A stretch of DNA of 64,000 nt from assembly GCA_045627785.1 (NCBI GenBank), contig JAZQOF010000004.1:117948-181947 (forward strand), in the 5' to 3' direction. The translations under genes and the position numbers were made by a program. Under the pieces are notes generated by a model that saw only the letters and a program-made list of their open reading frames with translations, searched no databases and was not told where the DNA came from. Shown piece after piece: positions 29,611 through 38,915 of this stretch. The number at the start of each line of letters is the position of its first letter. The first letter of the stretch is position 1. The stretch comes from Bacteroidales bacterium. Lineage in GTDB: Bacteria; Bacteroidota; Bacteroidia; Bacteroidales; UBA3663.

Positions 29611-31275
29611 TTAGTGGTTGATGCAAACCATTGTTATGTCATCGCTTTGTTCCGCATCTTTTACGAATTCACTTATTGATTCGATGACTTTCCCGGTAAT
29701 CTGGTCTGAGTTTAATCTTGACAATGACTTGGTTAAGCTTATCAATCGTTCTTCTCCGTACAGTGCCTTAGCATCGTTTGTAGCTTCTGTTACGCCGTCA
29801 GTATAGAGCAGCAAGGATTCTCCTTCGTTCAGTTTCATCTGCATGTCGGTATATGGATATCCTTCGAAAATTCCCGCAGGAACACCAACTGGGAGTTCTA
29901 TGAACTTTGAATTACCATTCTCTATCAATACAGGAGGATTATGTCCGGCATTAGAATATGTGAGTACATGGCTTTCAAGGTCAAGAATACCGACAATCAT
30001 TGTTATGAATGTACACTTTGTTTCGTACGAAGAAAGTGTGTTGTTCATTCTCGATAATATCTCAGAAGGAGAGTCTTCGTGTGATGCCAGTACCTTGAAT
30101 GCACTCATTGCAGCAGTCATGTAGAGAGATGCAGGAAGTCCTTTGCCGCTTACGTCGCCGATGCAGAACACCAGTTTGTTGTCACGACAGAAATAAGCGT
30201 ACAAGTCTCCACCTACAATCTTCGCAGGTTTCTGCCAACCGAATATATTGTACGATCCGAAGGTCTCTGCATTGTCGGCTTTAGGCATCATTCCCTTCTG
30301 TATGAGTTCTGCCGTCTGCAGGTCGTGTTCTGTCTTATGTTGCTCGATAATGGATCCTAAGAGCTTTTCCTGACTCTTCCTTAGTTTATGTGCGATAAAG
30401 AGAAGTACGGCGAAAAGAAATATGAGACCTGTAAAGAAAAGGAGTATAAGTCTCCATGAATCTGATGTAGTACGGAAATAGTTCTTTCCGTCACAGAACA
30501 AGTGTATATTCCAGTCGGTCGCAATAATGTCATCACTGAAATGCATGTATTCCTTGCCGAAATAAGGACAATCTGATTCCGAGAGTTTCTGCTTATTCCA
30601 TTTCTCTTCAGGTGAAGAGATTATAGTACCTTCACTATTAACAATGAAAGCTTTTAAATATTCTGACTGAATAGATTTATTTACAATGGTTTGTAATGAA
30701 CTGGAAAGGAAATTAAAAGAGATAATTCCGTATGGAATCGTATCCTGGTAATACATCGGACGAGCAATGGATATCACGTTCTCGCCTGTTGTCTGGCTTA
30801 TATGTGGCTCGATGACGGTAACTACACCATTAGCTATGGTTTTCTTCCAGAAATCTCTTTTTGTGTAGTCTCCTGTAACTTCTGTGTCGTGAATGTTGCC
30901 AATGGAGTCTCTGTATGATAAAAAGGAAATGTTGTTCTGATTCTTTATAAAAATCGGATTGAATGTAATGATTACAGAATGTACGGCATTGATTTCCTTT
31001 ACAAGTCCGTGAGTGATGCCGATAAGTGAATCAGGATAGTGAAGAGCATATTCCTTCACACCCCATTCCGCAGCAGTCAATGCACCCGAAACTCTAAGAA
31101 AATTATCTTCGTAATGTCTCTTGAGATTCGATAATTCTACTCTGATATCATCCTCATATTCTTCCTTGTTTTCCTGATGAATATGGTTGATAAATCCAAT
31201 TCCGATAATGACGAAGATTAAAGCAATTATCGATAAAATATGTAATAGAAAACGAGATATTGGACTCTGTTTCAT
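29611..31275 (-). CDS. Sensor PP2C (SpoIIE/RsbU-type) protein phosphatase with periplasmic Cache-like domain
   Basis: 554 aa. The order is TM, a roughly 250 aa extracytoplasmic domain, a second TM, then a PP2C/SpoIIE domain (GDVSGKGLPASLYM, LLLYTDGVTEA). Confidence 0.8.
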   Translation of the reverse strand: MKQSPISRFLLHILSIIALIFVIIGIGFINHIHQENKEEYEDDIRVELSNLKRHYEDNFLRVSGALTAAEWGVKEYALHYPDSLIGITHGLVKEINAVHSVIITFNPIFIKNQNNISFLSYRDSIGNIHDTEVTGDYTKRDFWKKTIANGVVTVIEPHISQTTGENVISIARPMYYQDTIPYGIISFNFLSSSLQTIVNKSIQSEYLKAFIVNSEGTIISSPEEKWNKQKLSESDCPYFGKEYMHFSDDIIATDWNIHLFCDGKNYFRTTSDSWRLILLFFTGLIFLFAVLLFIAHKLRKSQEKLLGSIIEQHKTEHDLQTAELIQKGMMPKADNAETFGSYNIFGWQKPAKIVGGDLYAYFCRDNKLVFCIGDVSGKGLPASLYMTAAMSAFKVLASHEDSPSEILSRMNNTLSSYETKCTFITMIVGILDLESHVLTYSNAGHNPPVLIENGNSKFIELPVGVPAGIFEGYPYTDMQMKLNEGESLLLYTDGVTEATNDAKALYGEERLISLTKSLSRLNSDQITGKVIESISEFVKDAEQSDDITMVCINH

Positions 31276-31434
31276 TTAAGTTGCAACTTTCCTTGTTACT
31301 ATACAATAATATTATATGTTGCAAATTTATGAAAAATAGGATAATGAACAATTGTTAGTCATAATTTTTTATGCTTCTCGCATATTATTTCTTCAAATTT
31401 TCTTATATTTGCACATAATTTAATTATTAAATAT

Positions 31435-31707
31435 ATGGATCGAGTAATTATTACCGTTGTAGGTAAGGATACTGTAGGTATCATTGCAGCTGTCTGCACT
31501 TACCTTGCATCAAAGAACATCAACATTCTTGACATCTCTCAAACTATCGTACAGGAATATTTCAATATGATGATGATTGTAAATGTTCAGGATAGTGCTG
31601 TGCCTTTTGGTGAGCTGTTAAATGCTATGAATAAGATCGGTGAAGAGAAGGGCGTTCAGATCAAATGTCAGCGCGAAGATATCTTCGATAAGATGCACCG
31701 TATTTAA
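31435..31707 (+). CDS. ACT domain protein (UPF0237 family)
   Basis: 90 aa. The sequence MDRVIITVVGKDTVGIIAAVCTYLA is typical of UPF0237. It sits upstream of a UPF0210 gene, which is the conserved pairing. Confidence 0.85.
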   Translation: MDRVIITVVGKDTVGIIAAVCTYLASKNINILDISQTIVQEYFNMMMIVNVQDSAVPFGELLNAMNKIGEEKGVQIKCQREDIFDKMHRI

Positions 31708-31806
31708 GAAATTATAAATTAAAAAGGAAAAATTAAAAATATAAGACTAGTGTTTATACAACTCTATTAATTTTTCATTTTTAATTTTTCATTATTAATT
31801 CATTGT

Positions 31807-33171
31807 ATGATTAATATTTCTGAGGTCATTGAGACCAATAAAATGATCGAGCAGGAGAATCTCGATGTCCGTACCATCACAATGGGTATAAGCCTGTTGG
31901 ATTGCGCTACAGATGATCTTGATAAGACTTGCGAGAATATATATAATAAGATCACTCGTCTTGCCAGAAACCTTGTTTCGACAGGTGAGGAGATTGCTCA
32001 TGAATTTGGTATTCCTATCGTCAATAAGCGTATTTCCGTTACGCCTATTGCGATTGTCGGTAGCAGCTGCTGTAAGACTTCACATGACTATGTTCAGATT
32101 TGTAAGACTCTCGATAAGATTGCTCACGAAGTAGGGGTGAACTTTATCGGTGGTTATTCTGCTATCGTATCTAAGGGTATGACTCACAGCGACGAATTGC
32201 TGATTCGTTCTATTCCTGAGGCAATGGCTTGTACAGAAAGAATCTGTTCGTCAATCAATGTCGGTTCTACAAAAACTGGTATCAATATGGATGCTGTCCG
32301 TTTGCTTGGTGATATCATCAAGGAGACAGCCGAGATGACAAAGGAACAGGATTCTCTTGGATGCGCTAAGCTTGTGGTACTTTGTAATGCTCCTGACGAT
32401 AATCCGTTTATGGCAGGTGCGTTCCATGGAGTCAGTGAGGCTGATGCTATTATCAATGTCGGTGTTTCTGGTCCTGGTGTTGTGAAATATGCTCTCGAAC
32501 AGATTCCTGATGCCAACTTTGAGGTTCTTTGTGAGACTATCAAGAAGACTGCATTCAAGATTACTCGTGTCGGCCAGCTCGTTGCTCAGGAAGCAAGTCG
32601 TCGTCTAGGTGTTCCTTTCGGCATCATCGACCTTTCTCTTGCACCAACACCTGCTATCGGCGATTCTGTAGCCGATATTCTCGAACGTATTGGTCTTGAG
32701 AGAACAGGTGCTCCTGGTACTACAGCTGCTCTTGCATTGCTTAACGATCAGGTTAAGAAGGGTGGTGTGATGGCAAGTTCCTACGTAGGTGGATTGAGCG
32801 GTGCATTCATTCCGGTGTCAGAGGATCAGGGTATGATCGATGCTGTTAATGCTGGTGCATTGACTATCGAGAAGCTTGAGGCAATGACTTGTGTATGTTC
32901 TGTAGGTCTCGATATGATTGCTATTCCAGGTGACACAAAACCGACTACAATCGCAGGTATCATTGCCGATGAAAGTGCTATCGGTATGGTGAATCAGAAG
33001 ACAACTGCTGTGCGTATAATTCCTGTAATAGGTAAGGGTGTAGGCGAGAATGTTGAGTTCGGAGGACTCTTAGGACATGCTCCAATCATGCCGGTCAATA
33101 ACTTCGACTGCTCTGTGTTTGTGAATAGAGGCGGACGAATCCCTGCTCCTATACATAGTTTCAAGAACTAA
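31807..33171 (+). CDS. UPF0210 (DUF711, PFL-like) family protein
   Basis: 454 aa. The N-terminus [20 protein letters not shown] is characteristic of UPF0210. Confidence 0.85.
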   Translation: MINISEVIETNKMIEQENLDVRTITMGISLLDCATDDLDKTCENIYNKITRLARNLVSTGEEIAHEFGIPIVNKRISVTPIAIVGSSCCKTSHDYVQICKTLDKIAHEVGVNFIGGYSAIVSKGMTHSDELLIRSIPEAMACTERICSSINVGSTKTGINMDAVRLLGDIIKETAEMTKEQDSLGCAKLVVLCNAPDDNPFMAGAFHGVSEADAIINVGVSGPGVVKYALEQIPDANFEVLCETIKKTAFKITRVGQLVAQEASRRLGVPFGIIDLSLAPTPAIGDSVADILERIGLERTGAPGTTAALALLNDQVKKGGVMASSYVGGLSGAFIPVSEDQGMIDAVNAGALTIEKLEAMTCVCSVGLDMIAIPGDTKPTTIAGIIADESAIGMVNQKTTAVRIIPVIGKGVGENVEFGGLLGHAPIMPVNNFDCSVFVNRGGRIPAPIHSFKN

Positions 33172-33210
33172 GGATTATAAAAGATTTAAGGATATACAGA
33201 CAAAACAAAA

Positions 33211-33233
33211 CCCAGAGGCATTGAACCTCTGGG
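33211..33233. terminator. Bidirectional hairpin terminator between UPF0210 gene and rpoD
   Basis: The sequence is CCCAGAGG CATTGAA CCTCTGGG, with an A-run upstream and TTATTTATTT downstream. Confidence 0.65.
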
Positions 33234-33265
33234 TTATTTATTTACCTTTTACTGTTTGCCATCTT

Positions 33266-34126
33266 TTACAGATAAGCTAAAAGAAGCTTAGCATTAGGGC
33301 TTCTGCGGATCTTGAGCAATGCTCTTTCGCGGATCTGTCGAACACGTTCACGAGTAAGACCAAGTTCCTGACTGACTTCTTCCTGAGATTTCTCTGGGCA
33401 GTCGATACCGAATGTCTGCTTGATGATCAAAGCCTCACGTTCCTTGAGGATGCTGTTGAGCAATGCGTCAAGTTCGATACGGAGAGATTCATTAGTCAAA
33501 CCATTATCGGTTGCTTCGAGCTTAGTGTCAGGAGTAACATCGAGCAATGTGCCGTCTTCGTCATCCTGAAGAGGAGAGTCAAGACTCACACCACGGCTGT
33601 TTGCAGCCATTGTCTCGCGGATCTTCTCAACTGTTACTTCGAGTTCTTCAGCGATTTCATCGAGAGTTGCAGGACGGTTTTCTTCTTGTTCGAAGCGGTT
33701 CTGAACAACACGGATCTGACGGATGAGGTTGTTCTGGTTACCCGGAAGTCTTACCATACGAGCCTGTTCAGAGAGAGCCTGCATGATGCTTTGACGAATC
33801 CACCACACTGCGTATGAGATGAATTTGAAGCCTCGTGTCTCATCGAATTTCTCAGCTGCCTTTACGAGGCCCACATTTCCTTCGCTGATAAGGTCGGAGA
33901 GACTTAAACCCTGATTCTGATACAATTTAGCTACAGATACCACGAAACGAAGATTTGCGCGAACCAATCGATCCAATGCCACGTGATCTCCCTTATGAAT
34001 TCTCTGAGCAAGTTCCACCTCTTCGTCTGGTGTAATCATGTGCTCCTTTGAGATCGCTGTAAGGTAGGATTCAATCGACTCTTCTGTTCTTCGAGTGATG
34101 TTCTGGGTGATTTTAATTTGTCTCAT
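33266..34126 (-). CDS. rpoD: Primary RNA polymerase sigma factor (Bacteroidetes short sigma-A)
   Basis: 286 aa. Region 2 is ANLRFVVSVAKLYQNQGLSLSDLISEGNVGL. Region 3 is present. The region 4 HTH is EEVSQELGLTRERVRQIRERAL. Confidence 0.92.
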   Translation of the reverse strand: MRQIKITQNITRRTEESIESYLTAISKEHMITPDEEVELAQRIHKGDHVALDRLVRANLRFVVSVAKLYQNQGLSLSDLISEGNVGLVKAAEKFDETRGFKFISYAVWWIRQSIMQALSEQARMVRLPGNQNNLIRQIRVVQNRFEQEENRPATLDEIAEELEVTVEKIRETMAANSRGVSLDSPLQDDEDGTLLDVTPDTKLEATDNGLTNESLRIELDALLNSILKEREALIIKQTFGIDCPEKSQEEVSQELGLTRERVRQIRERALLKIRRSPNAKLLLAYL

Positions 34127-34260
34127 ATATAAATAGAGTGTATCTATACATTGTTTAAAATAAAACGCGCAAAGTTACTCCAAAGTAAACTCTATTCCAA
34201 AAAAATATATGAAAATATAGTCGTTTTGTTGCCAAAATGTATTTTTGTCAACTTTAACTG

Positions 34261-35271
34261 TCACTTTTCTGCAAGTTTCAAAAGCATGATAAGCTTAAGT
34301 GAAAGGTCGAAGAGAATCATCTTTTCGTTGACATTCTGAGTAACATCTTTCTCGGCTTTCTCAAGTTCTGCCATAATTCCTTCCACGTTCTTCTCATTGA
34401 CGAAAGAATAGAATCTCGAAGAGAATTTTGCTTCATCTTCATTCATGAAGTTCAGTTCCTGACAATGGAAGTTCATAATGAAATTCTCTCTGATCATGTT
34501 CTGTGCGTATTGGAAATAGGCTTTGAGTTTATCTCTGCTCAATGCCGACATCTCATCGCTCCAGTCTTTCATCTCAAAGAGCTTCTTGGCATAGCTCAAG
34601 CGCATCATCTGACAGAACTTCTCGAAGAAGAATGTCCTGTCGTCTTCATTGATTGTGACAAATCCGTCTTGAAGCGGTGGGAGGTTGATGCGTTGCAGAC
34701 GGCTCAGTATAGTTCCGATTATTGCTTCAGGATTGTTGCTTACGAAGAAGAAATGAGTTTTCTCGTAAGGTTCTTCTATTATCTTCAACAGTTTGTTTGC
34801 TGCATCGACACGCATCATCTCTGGTAACCAGATGATCATGACTCTGTAGTCCGATTCGTATGGCTTGGTCGATAGCTCTTTGATTATATAGTTGGCATCA
34901 TTTACGAAGATATGTGCCTGTTTGTTTTCTCCGCCGAAGTTCCTGATCCATTCGTTGAATGTCAGATACTGGTTGTTCAGGAAAGAGTCACGCCATTCAT
35001 TCAGATAGTCGGTAGAGTTGGCGTCTTTGTCGGCAATTGGATATACGAAATGTAGATCAGGATGCTGAAGCTTTTGTATCTGAATGCATTGCGGACATTC
35101 CTGGCAGGCTTCTCCGTTTCTCTTTTCCGGACACATCAGGTATTGCGCAGCAGCGTAGGCCAACGACAAACCACCCGTTCCTTCACTGCCTGCAATGAGC
35201 AGGGCATGTGGCAGACGGTTGTTGTCAATAGCTGTCTTTATGCTTTCAAATACTGCTTGCTGTGCTACCAT
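34261..35271 (-). CDS. holB: DNA polymerase III subunit delta' (clamp-loader)
   Basis: 336 aa. It has PHALLIAGSEGTGG, a zinc-module-like region CPEKRNGEACQECPQC, HPDLHFV and SRLQ (sensor) motifs. Confidence 0.7.
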   Translation of the reverse strand: MVAQQAVFESIKTAIDNNRLPHALLIAGSEGTGGLSLAYAAAQYLMCPEKRNGEACQECPQCIQIQKLQHPDLHFVYPIADKDANSTDYLNEWRDSFLNNQYLTFNEWIRNFGGENKQAHIFVNDANYIIKELSTKPYESDYRVMIIWLPEMMRVDAANKLLKIIEEPYEKTHFFFVSNNPEAIIGTILSRLQRINLPPLQDGFVTINEDDRTFFFEKFCQMMRLSYAKKLFEMKDWSDEMSALSRDKLKAYFQYAQNMIRENFIMNFHCQELNFMNEDEAKFSSRFYSFVNEKNVEGIMAELEKAEKDVTQNVNEKMILFDLSLKLIMLLKLAEK

Positions 35272-35288
35272 TATTTTTACGTGCTATA

Positions 35289-37265
35289 TTATCTCTTCTC
35301 TTTGATTAAACCGTGTCTGTAGGCCATCAGAAGCTTCTGCAGGTCTTCTATCTGATTTGCTATCTCTTGTCCTTGGTCAGTGTCTCTTACGAGCATTCTG
35401 TGGTTCTTGAACTCTTCCAGAGCGACGCGGCTGTGGATGTCAGTCCCGTTCTTCAATGCTTCTTGTATCGACACGAACGATTCGTGTTCTACGAGCTGAA
35501 TACCATGACTGTTGTAGATCAATGTATATCCTGCGATACCTGTTGTCTTCTGATAAGGCTTTGAGAAACCTCCGTCGATCACAAGACGAAGGCCTTCTGC
35601 ACGTACAGGAGATTCACCCTTGAGAGTTCTTACAGGCACGTGTCCGTTGATGATACGGGATTTCGATGGATCTAGACCGAACTCCTTGAGGATATTCTTG
35701 CAAGTCTCTTTCTGGTTTGCGAGAACGAAATAAGAGCCCTTGACTTCCTTGTAAACATCCTTGTCGTCAACGAAATAACGCTCGAAGGTAGTCATCTTGT
35801 CCTTGTTGTATAGAGGCGAATCCTGACCGCACCATAGATACCACATGTAGTCAAGTGAGTCGTTGCGCTGCACAGATCCGACAGGAGCGAAGTATGCCTG
35901 ACGAATGATCCTGTCGATGCGCTTCATCAGTTCCTTACCCTTAACTGTCTTACCTGCTACCTCTACCTCTTTGAAGCTGCCGTCTTCGTTCAATGGAATA
36001 GCAGCATGGTAAAGCAGGCAGTTGTTCTGTACGAGGAAGAGTGATCCTCTCTGGTACAGACAACGCAGATGTTTCTGGAGCTTCTCGCTATGACGGAACG
36101 AATGCATCAGCTGTTCCATCACAAGCTGTTCGCCAGGACAGAGTTTATATGGGTCATTCCAGTCGATCGATGGGAGATAGGTGTCGAGCAAAGGATATTC
36201 CTTGTCCCCGATCTTGATGGTTCCAGTTTCCGGATTGATCTTATCCAAAAGCAAACGGTCTTCCATGTGATATTCCGGATGACGTTTGATGATCTGTCCT
36301 TCAAGTTTGAACTGTATGATCGATATTGCCTTGTGCATTCTTGCCATCAGCATTGCTGACCGGGTCAGACGTGGATTGTTCTCAAAGTCGTTTGTGAGGA
36401 ACTGTGTACAAGGATCGTTGCCGTAAGTGTCGATAGCAAGATTAGCAAGTGGAAGAAGGTTGATTGAATAGTCTTCTTCGAGTGTCTCGACATTGGCGTA
36501 TCGGATAGAGACGCGCAATACCGTTGCTATCAATGCTGCGTTTCCTGCAGCTGCACCCATCCATTCGATATCGTGGTTACCCCATTGAATGTCGAAGTCG
36601 TGGTAGTCGCAGAGCATTTCCATGATACGGCCTGCTCCAGGTCCTCGGTCATAGATATCGCCTACGATGTGCAGCTTGTCGATTACGAGGCTGTGTATGA
36701 GGTTGCAGATAGCTATGATAAGTTCTTCCGATCTGTTGATCTTGACGATCGAATTGATTACTGCATTGTAGTATTCATGACGGTCTGCTTCTGTCACCGA
36801 TTCGTGCAGAAGTTCCTCAATCACATATGCAAAGTCAGGAGGAAGGAGTTTTCTTACCTTCGAACGGGTGTATTTCACCGACACTACACGAGCCACGGCT
36901 ACTATCTGATGGATGGTGATGCGATACCAGTCGTCGAGGTCTGTCTCTTTCTCCTTGATGAGTTGCAGTTTCTCTTCAGGGTAATAGATCAGCGAACAGA
37001 GTTCGTTCTTGTCAGCTTCACGCATTGACATTCCGAATACCTCATCGACCTTTCTGCGTATCACACCCGAAGCATTCTTCAGCACATGCTTGAATGCCTT
37101 TGATTCTCCATGAAGGTCCGAAAGGAAGTGTTCAGTGCCTTTTGGCAAACTCAATATTGCCTCAAGGTTTATTATTTCTGTGGCAGCTTGCGATATCGAA
37201 GGGAATTTCTCTGACAATAGCTTCAGGTATCTGTCGTCTGCCTTTACATCTTCTAGACTAATCAT
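35289..37265 (-). CDS. fbp: Fructose-1,6-bisphosphatase class 3
   Basis: 658 aa. The N-terminus YLKLLSEKFPSISQAATEIINLEAILSLPKGTEHFLSDLHGE is diagnostic of FBPase class III. Confidence 0.92.
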   Translation of the reverse strand: MISLEDVKADDRYLKLLSEKFPSISQAATEIINLEAILSLPKGTEHFLSDLHGESKAFKHVLKNASGVIRRKVDEVFGMSMREADKNELCSLIYYPEEKLQLIKEKETDLDDWYRITIHQIVAVARVVSVKYTRSKVRKLLPPDFAYVIEELLHESVTEADRHEYYNAVINSIVKINRSEELIIAICNLIHSLVIDKLHIVGDIYDRGPGAGRIMEMLCDYHDFDIQWGNHDIEWMGAAAGNAALIATVLRVSIRYANVETLEEDYSINLLPLANLAIDTYGNDPCTQFLTNDFENNPRLTRSAMLMARMHKAISIIQFKLEGQIIKRHPEYHMEDRLLLDKINPETGTIKIGDKEYPLLDTYLPSIDWNDPYKLCPGEQLVMEQLMHSFRHSEKLQKHLRCLYQRGSLFLVQNNCLLYHAAIPLNEDGSFKEVEVAGKTVKGKELMKRIDRIIRQAYFAPVGSVQRNDSLDYMWYLWCGQDSPLYNKDKMTTFERYFVDDKDVYKEVKGSYFVLANQKETCKNILKEFGLDPSKSRIINGHVPVRTLKGESPVRAEGLRLVIDGGFSKPYQKTTGIAGYTLIYNSHGIQLVEHESFVSIQEALKNGTDIHSRVALEEFKNHRMLVRDTDQGQEIANQIEDLQKLLMAYRHGLIKEKR

Positions 37266-37355
37266 TGTGTTCGTTTTCTTTTAACGCACAAATATAAGCA
37301 ATATCCGGTAAAATGGACAAATTATCCACGAATTTCAATAATTCGTGTGAGTATT

Positions 37356-38678
37356 TTACAGAATTTCGCCTAAAACCTCACAAACTATGAAGTTACTGCC
37401 ACCCACAAAGGTTGTTCCTCCGTCGTTTCTAGCAGCGTGGTATGCGTCGAGTACAGATGGGTATACATCTCCCTTTAGCCAGTATTCTGCCGACATGGAT
37501 TGAAGCTCTGCAGCAGGCAATGCACGCGATGTAGGGGCGTTGCAGAAGAAGTATCTTGCATCTGTTGGAAGAAGCTTCAGTACAGCCGAGATGTCTTTGT
37601 CCCTTACCATGCCGAATACTATGTTCAACCTGCCTTCTTTCTCTACAATTTGCTTCAGCTGTTTGCCGATGTACTGGAAGCATCCCTCATTGTGTCCTGT
37701 ATCGAGAATTACAGGGTTCTGGTTGCTTTGTCCGACAGGGAGTTTATCTGCTGTCACAACCTGCCATCTGCCCATCAGATGAGTGTTGTCGATGACGTTC
37801 CTGAATCCTCTCTGTAGCACGTCGTCAGGAATCGAGAATCCATTGAGGTTAAGCTGGTGTACGGCAGCAAGGATGGTGTTGGCATTCTTTGGCTGACAGG
37901 CACCCATCAGCGGACTTTCTATCATTCCGTTGTTGATGGTTTCGTATTCGTTGTGCATGTCGTTTCCGAAGATCTGTCTTACCCAGATTATCTGTGGATA
38001 GTCGGAAGCGAAAGTGAGTTTTGATACGCCTCTGCGTTCGGCATTCTGTTCATATACTCCGCGTACAGCATCATCGTCACATTCGCCTATCACACAAGGC
38101 GTTCCTGCTTTCATTATTCCTGCTTTCTCTGCAGCTATCTGCGGTAGTGTAGTACCGAGGAACTGAGTGTGGTCGAACGAGATGTTTGTGATTACCGAAA
38201 GCACAGGAGAGATGATATTCGTACTGTCGAGACGTCCGCCTAGACCTACTTCAATCACTGCAATATCGACGCCTTTCTTTGCGAAATAGCAGAATCCCAT
38301 CATCGTGGCGAGTTCGAAGAAACTTGGCTGCAGATGCTTGATCTTATCGTAGTTCTCTGCAGTCCATTCCACCACGAAATCATGTTCGCATGGAACTCCG
38401 TTCACACGTATTCTCTCGTTGAAGTCCAGGAGGTGCGGTGAGGTGAAAAGACCTACCTTCATACCTGCTTCTTGTAGTATTGATGCGAGCGTGTGCGAAC
38501 AGGTTCCTTTTCCGTTGGTTCCTGCTACGTGAATTGTCTTGAATCTGGTATGCGGATGACCAAGTATTTCGTCCATCTCGATCATACGTTCCAGACCGGG
38601 TTTATAGGCGTGTGCTCCGACGTTCTCAAACACCGGAAGCTGGCTATATAAAAAGTCTAATGTTTCCTTGTAGTTCAT
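37356..38678 (-). CDS. folC: Bifunctional folylpolyglutamate synthase / dihydrofolate synthase
   Basis: 440 aa. Mur-ligase P-loop HVAGTNGKGT, then EVGLGGRLDSTN and a C-terminal ligase domain. Confidence 0.9.
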   Translation of the reverse strand: MNYKETLDFLYSQLPVFENVGAHAYKPGLERMIEMDEILGHPHTRFKTIHVAGTNGKGTCSHTLASILQEAGMKVGLFTSPHLLDFNERIRVNGVPCEHDFVVEWTAENYDKIKHLQPSFFELATMMGFCYFAKKGVDIAVIEVGLGGRLDSTNIISPVLSVITNISFDHTQFLGTTLPQIAAEKAGIMKAGTPCVIGECDDDAVRGVYEQNAERRGVSKLTFASDYPQIIWVRQIFGNDMHNEYETINNGMIESPLMGACQPKNANTILAAVHQLNLNGFSIPDDVLQRGFRNVIDNTHLMGRWQVVTADKLPVGQSNQNPVILDTGHNEGCFQYIGKQLKQIVEKEGRLNIVFGMVRDKDISAVLKLLPTDARYFFCNAPTSRALPAAELQSMSAEYWLKGDVYPSVLDAYHAARNDGGTTFVGGSNFIVCEVLGEIL

Positions 38679-38682
38679 GATG

Positions 38683-38690
38683 CAAATATA
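38683..38690 (-). promoter_or_regulatory. -7 box (TATATTTG) abutting the folC start codon
   Basis: The minus strand reads TATATTTGCATCATG. The box ends 4 nt before the ATG at 38678. Confidence 0.4.
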
Positions 38691-38838
38691 GCGAAATCTT
38701 TCTAAACTTATTTAAAAGCTGTCTGCTAACGTGTAGTTTTTTTATCGACAGGGGGCCGAAAATGACGAGAAGTGCGCTAAAAACGCCCTTAAAATGCGAA
38801 ATTCGGCAATATTGTTTGCTTATATTATATATAATATG

Positions 38839-38846
38839 TATATTTG
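38839..38846 (+). promoter_or_regulatory. -7 box (TATATTTG) upstream of gyrA
   Basis: It matches TAnnTTTG and lies about 70 nt upstream of the gyrA ATG. Confidence 0.45.
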
Positions 38847-38915
38847 CATGTTTATGTGAGAAGCGAAATCTCGCATCAGACAACAGAAAATATATTAGCA
38901 AAACAAATATAATTA

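Noticed and set aside
29405-29626. The 73 aa and 60 aa minus-strand ORFs in the GC-rich spacer.
   Set aside because: They overlap the terminator hairpin and the end of the PP2C gene and are R/S/D-rich with no start context. The region is reported instead as a structured non-coding candidate.
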